A stretch of DNA of 64,000 bases from an uncultured virus (IMG/VR IMGVR_UViG_2061766007_002383). Lineage: Duplodnaviria; Heunggongvirae; Uroviricota; Caudoviricetes. Of this stretch, positions 57,357-64,000 are shown one piece after another. Both the position numbers and the translations under genes were made by a program. The first letter of the stretch is position 1. Each line of letters opens with the position of its first letter. The stretch is taken from the IMG/VR virus record IMGVR_UViG_2061766007_002383. One strand, written 5' to 3'. The notes under the pieces were generated by a model that searched no databases, had not been told where the DNA came from, and saw nothing but the letters and a program-made list of their open reading frames with translations.

Positions 57357-59550
57357 AATTGCTTGCTTGCTCAATATCGGTGAAGTATTGTATAGCCTTG
57401 TCAGATTTGGGTATGATGCCCTTGAAGTATACTACACCTTGTTTTTGAGTAGTATTATAGTTTGATGACAAGTTAAAAACATGCTTGACATGATTTATAA
57501 AAGTTTGAGCAACCCCCATTTTTAAGGTTGATTCAACCATCTTTTCATCAATACATTCTTTAACAAAAGCATGCATATCATCGTATTTAATTAATTCTGT
57601 AGTATCTATACTGCCATTCTCTAAATAACTGATTTCAAAATGCTTTTTAATAAAATATTGTTCAGGGAATGTACATAATTTGATTCTTTCCAATTTTTCG
57701 TTGTCATCTATGGATTGAATCGGAATGTTCTTTTCATGCAATCCTTGAGCAATATATTCTTTTGTAGCTTGTTGTACAAGCCATTGCTTACTTGAATCAG
57801 TAATTAAATCTCTCCATTGATATCCTAAATCTTGAATAGGTTGAGTTGGAATGATAATAAGGATTCTACGATTAACACCAGCATTATCTGACGCTTCAAA
57901 AAGTTTTTTACTAAAGTTGTTGCCGATAAAAAAGACTCTTGGTACACTTTCTGCAGGTACAGTAATTGTGTCATAATGTTTCTTTTCTACTGGTAAAGCA
58001 TCAGAACTTGATATGTTTTTTATTTTGTCGGCAAATTCTCTTGGTGCAGATTGTATTTCATCTATAACAACCACATCTGAATCTGTAAACATACTGAAAC
58101 CAAATTGATTTTTATCTGTCAATTTTGTTACAAGTTGATGTCCAACTTTATAAAAAATAGAACAGATGGCTTTAGTTAATGTTGTCTTACCTGTTCCACC
58201 TTTGCCCATTATAAATAAGGACTCTTGTCTTTGTGTATATCCTTTATCGTATAATGCACATCCTATATAGGCAAGTAATGTTTTTCTGTCTTTTTCGGTA
58301 AAACAAGTGGTAAAAATATGTTCCATAGGATTCCATTCGATTTCAGAATCTAAATACAACTCTGTTTTAGTGTTTTTCAATGGTAGAATAGGTGCTTTTG
58401 GATTTAATTTGACAATATTCCCATTTACTACATCATAAAAACAATTATTAAAGCCGACAAGGTTTGGGTTACGATATTGCACTTTATTACAGTACAATGG
58501 AATCTCTTCAAACAATACTTTGGAATTAATGATATCTCCTTTTTTGTACTGGTTTTTCTTGCCATGCTTGACAAAAGTTGTATTATTATTTACATATTGA
58601 AGGAATTGTCGGTTTAATTCGTAAGGTATAAGTCTGCCTTCTCCATTTGAGTAGAAAAAGGTATGTGTATTAGGTTCTTCGCAAAGACCTACTTGTTTTT
58701 CTAATTCTCTTGTTAAAGCAGACCTAATGTCTTCTTTATTAAAACCATCAACTCTAATATTGGCTTTATATTGTGTTATTCCACCGACATAATTGCAGAA
58801 TGTAAATATTCTGTCAAACTCATTAAGTACTTCATAATAAAGATTGTTAGTTAGTTCAACATCTGTGGAAGTCGGCTTAACTTCAATATTGTTTTTAAGC
58901 TGCTTCCATTTTTCAGTTTCTTTAATGTTCTTTTTGAGCCTTTCTATTTTTTCTTCAATCTGCTTTGGTGTTGTAACTTTATATAATCGCTCCATATCAT
59001 CATTAACATCATCTTCCCAAGTTTCAGGAGATTGTTTCGCTAATATATCACATTGATTCCAAATTTCAATATTTTTTCTTTGAGTGTTAATTTCAAATTG
59101 AATCAAATCAATCTTATCTTGGATTCGACTGTTTAATCCACTAATTAAAAATTCTCTATTTGGATATTTATTGGCTAATTCATTAAAACGAGTGAAAATA
59201 GGGTGGTCTGTGCCAGGAAATGATACAGTATTATTATCTTCCATACCATTAAAGTCATCCAACATCCTTTGAAACACACCAATACTCTCTTCATTCAAAT
59301 GTGCCAACTTGGAACTTTTGTTCTTCTGCAATTTCTTAATTTGTTCATTAAGTTTTTTATTACGATTTTTCAAATTAGTATTACTCTGTCGATACTGATT
59401 AAGAATACTTGGACTTCCACCATTAATCAATCTTTGGTTTTCTTGCTCCAATTGATTATTTTCTTGCTCAATCTGCTGGATATAAGATAAAAGTTCTTCA
59501 TCCATTCCTTTTTCCTGCGCTTCCTGCAGGATGTCATCAATTCTCTTCAT
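57355..59550 (-). CDS. SF3 (D5-like) helicase with N-terminal coiled coil
   Basis: D5_N-like VGFNNCFYD, Walker A GKGGTGKT, Walker B VVIDE, motif C FIGN, RRILII. Confidence 0.85.
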   Translation of the reverse strand: MKRIDDILQEAQEKGMDEELLSYIQQIEQENNQLEQENQRLINGGSPSILNQYRQSNTNLKNRNKKLNEQIKKLQKNKSSKLAHLNEESIGVFQRMLDDFNGMEDNNTVSFPGTDHPIFTRFNELANKYPNREFLISGLNSRIQDKIDLIQFEINTQRKNIEIWNQCDILAKQSPETWEDDVNDDMERLYKVTTPKQIEEKIERLKKNIKETEKWKQLKNNIEVKPTSTDVELTNNLYYEVLNEFDRIFTFCNYVGGITQYKANIRVDGFNKEDIRSALTRELEKQVGLCEEPNTHTFFYSNGEGRLIPYELNRQFLQYVNNNTTFVKHGKKNQYKKGDIINSKVLFEEIPLYCNKVQYRNPNLVGFNNCFYDVVNGNIVKLNPKAPILPLKNTKTELYLDSEIEWNPMEHIFTTCFTEKDRKTLLAYIGCALYDKGYTQRQESLFIMGKGGTGKTTLTKAICSIFYKVGHQLVTKLTDKNQFGFSMFTDSDVVVIDEIQSAPREFADKIKNISSSDALPVEKKHYDTITVPAESVPRVFFIGNNFSKKLFEASDNAGVNRRILIIIPTQPIQDLGYQWRDLITDSSKQWLVQQATKEYIAQGLHEKNIPIQSIDDNEKLERIKLCTFPEQYFIKKHFEISYLENGSIDTTELIKYDDMHAFVKECIDEKMVESTLKMGVAQTFINHVKHVFNLSSNYNTTQKQGVVYFKGIIPKSDKAIQYFTDIEQASN

Positions 59551-59552
59551 AC

Positions 59553-60020
59553 TTATCTATCCTCCCTTCGATTTTTTATGANNNNNNNNNNNNNNNNNNN
59601 NNNNNNNNNNNNNNNNNNNNNNNNNNNNNNNNNNNNNNNNNNNNNNNNNNNNNNNNNNNNNNNNNNNNNNNNNNNNNNNNNNNNNNNNNNNNNNNNNNNN
59701 NNNNNNNNNNNNNNNNNNNNNNNNNNNNNNNNNNNNNNNNNNNNNNNNNNNNNNNNNNNNNNNNNNNNNNNNNNNNNNNNNNNNNNNNNNNNNNNNNNNN
59801 NNNNNNNNNNNNNNNNNNNNNNNNNNNNNNNNTATTGGTTGCCATCTATCAAGTCAATATGAATTCTTTTAAAATTATTGCCAGTTATCATATCAATATC
59901 GATTAAATCGGCATATACAACTCCTTGTGTCCTAAAAATATCGTTCAACCATTTTTCTTGCTCTTCCATCAACCAGTCATCTTCTTCTTGTTCTAACAGT
60001 AATTCTTTCATTCTGCCCAT
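59553..60020 (-). CDS. Hypothetical protein(s), largely hidden by a ~250-nt N gap
   Basis: GAGGTG RBS, MGRMKELLLEQEE. Confidence 0.4.
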   Translation of the reverse strand: MGRMKELLLEQEEDDWLMEEQEKWLNDIFRTQGVVYADLIDIDMITGNNFKRIHIDLIDGNQXXXXXXXXXXXXXXXXXXXXXXXXXXXXXXXXXXXXXXXXXXXXXXXXXXXXXXXXXXXXXXXXXXXXXXXXXXXXXXXXXXXXXIKNRREDR

Positions 60021-60112
60021 TTTTTCACCTCGTATAATTACTTAATTGTTTTTGGTATAATCACTTAAATGTGTAAGACATTAATTGCTTAATTAAGTAA
60101 GCAATTACTTAC

Positions 60113-60460
60113 TTAATTCCAGTCATCGTTTTCAATCCAAGAGTATTGTGGGTATTCATTAGGTGGAAGTTTCGCTATAGCGTTAGGAACACCATTAGTA
60201 GAGTCAGATTTTAAAAGGAACACTCTTTGGTGTTTCAAGTGTTTAACTGACAACTCACCCTTATAATCTCCTTTAAACTGTAATAATAATTTACCAACTT
60301 TATCTTGTCCAAATAATTGAACAGACTGTATTCCATCAAACTGTTGGATTTCTAATTTTAAATACAAATTCTCTGTATCACTATACTTCATTCCGAAACC
60401 ATAATCAACGTCAAGTATGACTCCTTCAATGATTCTTTCTTCTGTCATGTTTATCACCAT
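60113..60460 (-). CDS. Hypothetical protein
   Basis: GGTGA RBS before MTEERIIEG. Confidence 0.6.
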   Translation of the reverse strand: MVINMTEERIIEGVILDVDYGFGMKYSDTENLYLKLEIQQFDGIQSVQLFGQDKVGKLLLQFKGDYKGELSVKHLKHQRVFLLKSDSTNGVPNAIAKLPPNEYPQYSWIENDDWN

Positions 60461-60666
60461 TAAAATTCAATATTTATATATCAGATTCTAAAAGTCATAT
60501 TCTTCTTCGCCATCTATCATTCCTTGTGTGATTGAAACTCTTTCATCAATATATATAATATCGCTTTCAAGATTATTTAATCGGTCTTCTAGTTTATTAA
60601 GTTTTTCTTCAAGAGTTTTAATTCTTTTAATTAAACCATTAAGACCTTCGTTCTCCATATTATCAC

Positions 60667-61176
60667 CTATAAATATACATTATTTTCAATATCTGACAAT
60701 ATATCCCTTATTGCTTTGATATGTTCGATATGTTCCATATTTTCTTCTGCTTGTGTCAATCTATACCTTAATAATGCTTCAACATTACTTTGGTAAGAAT
60801 TAAGTTCATCTCTAATCTCTCTATTTTCTTCAACCTTTTTTCGTAATACTTCATTTTCATCATATAATTGCCCCATTAAGTTAAGCCCATCCATATGACT
60901 TCTTGATAATTGTGCCATTTTCATCTCATTTCGATTTAATTTTCTTTGCAATTCATCGATTTTATCTTCTTTTTTATATATGATATNNNNNNNNNNNNNN
61001 NNNNNNNNNNTAACTGCATTCTTTATCTCCTCCTTTAATTCTTCAAGAACATTTATTTCACCAAGAATAATACCTGTTGGCATTCCTTTACTTGCTCCAA
61101 ACTGATATTCTTTTTCTTTTTCATTAATGTATTTGTTTATTAATTTAATTACTTGTTTACTGCATTTTTCATTCAT
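60667..61176 (-). CDS. Coiled-coil hypothetical protein(s), contains an N gap
   Basis: GGAGG RBS; may be two genes joined across the gap. Confidence 0.45.
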   Translation of the reverse strand: MNEKCSKQVIKLINKYINEKEKEYQFGASKGMPTGIILGEINVLEELKEEIKNAVXXXXXXXXXIIYKKEDKIDELQRKLNRNEMKMAQLSRSHMDGLNLMGQLYDENEVLRKKVEENREIRDELNSYQSNVEALLRYRLTQAEENMEHIEHIKAIRDILSDIENNVYL

Positions 61177-61274
61177 CAGTTAATTCCTCCATTGCCCCTT
61201 GATAATCACCTTTTTCATATTTTTCTTTAGCATTGCAATAATTTACATATTTAATTAATGCTTCAATTGTTTCT

Positions 61275-61493
61275 TTATCCAAATAAACCACCACCCATCA
61301 TGTCTGCCATCATCCTTTTCATTGCATCACGAAGTTCAGTATTATCTTTTTGCAATTTAGTAATACTCTGATGTAAGGCATTAAGTTTGTTTACGATTTT
61401 GTCGTAGTCTTCTTTGTCTATGTATTCATTGTTTTCGTGGTCGATGCAGAATATGTCTACATCACCATATATTCGTTCAAATCTTTCAGTCAT
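61275..61493 (-). CDS. 'MTxRF...LNEL' family protein
   Basis: MTERF...IVNKLNALHQSITKLQKDNTEL. Confidence 0.65.
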   Translation of the reverse strand: MTERFERIYGDVDIFCIDHENNEYIDKEDYDKIVNKLNALHQSITKLQKDNTELRDAMKRMMADMMGGGLFG

Positions 61494-61734
61494 TTTGTAT
61501 CTTCTCCCTAATTTCTTTTGGTGTAATTCGTGGAGTTTTATTCTTTGATTGTAATTTTTGTTCTTTATTCCATCGAATTTCTGCAATTAATAATTCATTC
61601 ATTTTTTGTAATTGTTGATTTTCTTCATAGAGATTATTCAATAAATCACAAACTTCTCTAATAGTAAATGAATAATATTCTCCATCTCTTTTTTCACAAA
61701 TAAAACCCAAATGATGTTTAAATCGTTTTGTCAT
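61486..61734 (-). CDS. 'MTxRF...LNEL' family protein
   Basis: MTKRF...VCDLLNNLYEENQQLQK. Confidence 0.7.
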   Translation of the reverse strand: MTKRFKHHLGFICEKRDGEYYSFTIREVCDLLNNLYEENQQLQKMNELLIAEIRWNKEQKLQSKNKTPRITPKEIREKIQND

Positions 61735-61963
61735 TAATATCACCCCAATGTTCATCTACTTTTTCAACTGCTTCTTTTAATCTCTCAAAAGAATGGCTAA
61801 ATCTTTTTTCTGCAAATTCTTTTCTCCTAATTCTTTCATCTTCATCAATGTAACCATATAATTGATTATTGATGATATACATTTTTGTCAGTAAAAGAAA
61901 ATTTAAAGCTTCAATATAGTCTGTACAAGCATACATTAAATCTTCTTCGTGTGTTTTCATCAT
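61718..61963 (-). CDS. Hypothetical protein
   Basis: GGAGATGA RBS. Confidence 0.5.
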   Translation of the reverse strand: MMKTHEEDLMYACTDYIEALNFLLLTKMYIINNQLYGYIDEDERIRRKEFAEKRFSHSFERLKEAVEKVDEHWGDINDKTI

Positions 61964-62059
61964 TTAAATCATCTCCATCTTTCAAAAATCAATGCTACAA
62001 ACATACAAGTAGCAAATCCAAATGCAGTACCACAAAAACTTGTGAAAAAAATACTTATT

Positions 62060-62194
62060 TCAGTCATTCAAAATCACCTCATATTTATTACAACATTTGA
62101 CCCAATATTCTAACATTATGTTATGAAAATTACAAAAACCACAATAAAATATTGGTATATAATGTTCGCAACTTTTACATTCTTTTTTGGTCAT
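62060..62194 (-). CDS. 44-aa Cys-rich microprotein (not in ORF track)
   Basis: MTKKECKSCEHYIPIFYCGFCNFHNIMLEYWVKCCNKYEVILND*, GGTGA RBS. Confidence 0.55.
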   Translation of the reverse strand: MTKKECKSCEHYIPIFYCGFCNFHNIMLEYWVKCCNKYEVILND

Positions 62195-62337
62195 TCTACA
62201 TCACCTTTTTTCCACCATTCAAAATAAATACAATCTGTTTCACACATATAACTTTCTTTTCCTTTTGGTTTATGAGTACACCATACATCACTTCCCCCAC
62301 CCATACCATATTTGCAATTTACACATTCTCTTATCAT
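62191..62337 (-). CDS. 48-aa Cys-rich microprotein (not in ORF track)
   Basis: MIRECVNCKYGMGGGSDVWCTHKPKGKESYMCETDCIYFEWWKKGDVE*, ATGA overlap. Confidence 0.55.
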   Translation of the reverse strand: MIRECVNCKYGMGGGSDVWCTHKPKGKESYMCETDCIYFEWWKKGDVE

Positions 62338-62792
62338 TCCACATCACCTTTAAATTCAGTATTATACACTTCAATTACCTTATCAATGAATTTCTGATAA
62401 GTTTTTTCATCTAACCAATTTGTAACTAATACTCTATCAAAATCACCAAACCATTGACCAGTAGCATAAATATGCCTTTGTAATTCACCAGTTTCAATAT
62501 TGATAGATAATCTTATATGTTCACCAGTATGCTCAAATTTTGACATATCTTTGATTTGTTGTTTTAACTCTTTTTTTTCATTATCAATAGTTTTTGCTAA
62601 ATCAATATATCTTTGAGTTTCTAATTCTTCACTCTTTAATTCTTTTCGTAACTGCTCATTTTCTTTTTTAACATCAACATACTCATTCAACAATATACAT
62701 ACTTGATATGTTGATAAATATGCTCCATCATACCATATACCCCATCGGTTTGGTTTTGGTAGTTCAACAGTAGTAAATCGTTTTTCAGTCAT
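62334..62792 (-). CDS. 'MTxKRF...LLNE' family protein with C-terminal extension
   Basis: MTEKRF...VCILLNE...ENEQLRKEL...LKQQIKDM. Confidence 0.7.
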   Translation of the reverse strand: MTEKRFTTVELPKPNRWGIWYDGAYLSTYQVCILLNEYVDVKKENEQLRKELKSEELETQRYIDLAKTIDNEKKELKQQIKDMSKFEHTGEHIRLSINIETGELQRHIYATGQWFGDFDRVLVTNWLDEKTYQKFIDKVIEVYNTEFKGDVE

Positions 62793-62796
62793 TATA

Positions 62797-63027
62797 TCAC
62801 CACTCCAATTCATCAACAATCTCATCAAATTCGTGGTCATATTTCCGTTTAAATCTAATTTTCATATCCTTGATTTGTTGTTTTAACTGCTCATTCTCAT
62901 CATTTAATTCATTTAACAAACCGACAACTTCTTCTTTCCATAAAGTCTTATATCCATCTCGTATTGCCCACCAAATACAATGTTGGTCATTTGTTTCATA
63001 AGCCAATGTAAATCGTTTTTTAGTCAT
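62797..63027 (-). CDS. 'MTxKRF...LLNEL' family protein
   Basis: MTKKRF...VVGLLNELNDENEQLKQQIKDM. Confidence 0.7.
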   Translation of the reverse strand: MTKKRFTLAYETNDQHCIWWAIRDGYKTLWKEEVVGLLNELNDENEQLKQQIKDMKIRFKRKYDHEFDEIVDELEW

Positions 63028-63287
63028 TCTAAATGCTCCTTTATCATTTCCCTTGCTTGATTTAAAGAATTTGCTTTATCGAATATGTCTAATATTCCTT
63101 TGCAGTATAGTTCTCTGCAATTCTTATCTGTTAATGCAGTTTCAACAAGTTCAAAGAATAATGTTTTGTAGTGTTCGTTTTCTTCGTGTAACTCATTTAA
63201 CAAATCGCAACAATCCCAAGCAGTTATCTCTTCTCTACATTCAAGTATTGTACTACCTTTCATCGTAAATCGTTTATTTTTAGTCAT
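63024..63287 (-). CDS. 'MTxKRF...LLNEL' family protein
   Basis: MTKNKRF...CCDLLNELHEENE. Confidence 0.7.
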   Translation of the reverse strand: MTKNKRFTMKGSTILECREEITAWDCCDLLNELHEENEHYKTLFFELVETALTDKNCRELYCKGILDIFDKANSLNQAREMIKEHLE

Positions 63288-63448
63288 TCATCATCACCTA
63301 CAACCCTAAAATATAATTCATTGTCATTGCTCATATCAAATTCAAGATTATGGATGGTTACTCCTTTGACTTCATCATAACAAGCCAATTTAACTATTAA
63401 TTTATTGTCAAAATCTCTTATAATTGTTCTCAACTCACCTAATCTCAT
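63284..63448 (-). CDS. 54-aa hypothetical protein (not in ORF track)
   Basis: MRLGELRTIIRDFDNKLIVKLACYDEVKG...VVGDDE*, ATGA overlaps on both sides. Confidence 0.55.
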   Translation of the reverse strand: MRLGELRTIIRDFDNKLIVKLACYDEVKGVTIHNLEFDMSNDNELYFRVVGDDE

Positions 63449-63780
63449 TTTTGCAACTCCTTTAATATTCGTATTGCTTTTTTTGTAGCAGTAGCCATAT
63501 AATAAGCATCTTTATTATCTAATTCATTTAATTCTATGTAAGCAATAATATTGTGTTCTGTTGCTTTATCGGAGAATACATCAACTTCATCAGATAACAA
63601 CTCAATAACTTCTTTTATTGTTGCTTTTAACTGCTCATTCTCATCTGCAAGTTCATTCAAAGAATCACAGAGTCTTTGTAAATCTTGCTTTTCATAAGCA
63701 TAATATCCATCAACAGTATTATCAACAATACAGTACCCATCGAATATTTGCTTTTCTACTCTAAATCGTTTTTTGGTCAT
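63445..63780 (-). CDS. 'MTxKRF...LNEL' family protein
   Basis: MTKKRF...LCDSLNELADENEQLK. Confidence 0.7.
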   Translation of the reverse strand: MTKKRFRVEKQIFDGYCIVDNTVDGYYAYEKQDLQRLCDSLNELADENEQLKATIKEVIELLSDEVDVFSDKATEHNIIAYIELNELDNKDAYYMATATKKAIRILKELQK

Positions 63781-64000
63781 TTTAACCATCCCAAGTACAT
63801 AAGAATAAACCCTATTAAAAATATTCCACCAAAAAACATTGCCGCTAAAACAATATCTGCAAAGATTACAGTCCAGAAATTATAATCCCAGCCAAGCCAT
63901 TGAATAAATNNNNNNNNNNNNNNNNNNNNNNNNTAGTTACATCAGTCATTTTACCACCTACTATTATCTAATATAAATCTGCGACCATCTTTCAAAGAGA

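Noticed and set aside
360..63885. Numerous antisense or nested ORFs in the six-frame track (e.g. 6296-6964 -, 13649-14089 -, 47513-47854 +, 62152-62414 +)
   Set aside because: Shadow frames of longer genes; no RBS and no recognisable motifs.
1..64000. Stop-codon reassignment
   Set aside because: Long genes are intact in the standard code, TAA, TAG and TGA all end genes, and the only tRNA is Thr(UGU).

Overview
AT-rich segment of a large tailed (Caudoviricetes-like) virus of a pseudomurein-walled methanogen (Methanobacteriales, probably Methanobrevibacter-like). The host is inferred from a PeiW/PeiP-type endoisopeptidase, an HMf-type histone, an archaeal primase, GGTGA Shine-Dalgarno motifs and TATA-type promoters. 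Bases 1-27.4 kb (+ strand) hold tail fibre, adhesin and baseplate genes plus the lysis module. Bases 27.5-64 kb (mostly - strand) hold histone, rubrerythrin, NrdD, dUTPase-like, ERCC4 nuclease, PriS-PriL fusion primase, Cas4/RecB-like nuclease, GIY-YIG, a bacterial-type family C (DnaE) polymerase split into three genes, a P-loop ATPase, ThyA, HNH, an SF3 helicase, tRNA-Thr and many small cassette-like genes. The most notable observations are: (1) a nuclease-less IS110/Nop-domain (TasA-like) gene embedded in the replication operon with no adjacent guide array; (2) the tripartite intein-free DnaE in an archaeal virus; (3) clusters of unannotated structured RNAs, including an anticodon-less tRNA mimic, a pseudoknot RNA and paralogous anti-Shine-Dalgarno small RNAs; (4) a variable 'MTxKRF...LLNEL..ENEQLK' gene cassette array. 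All calls come from motif reading only. Several short N gaps cause apparent frameshifts.
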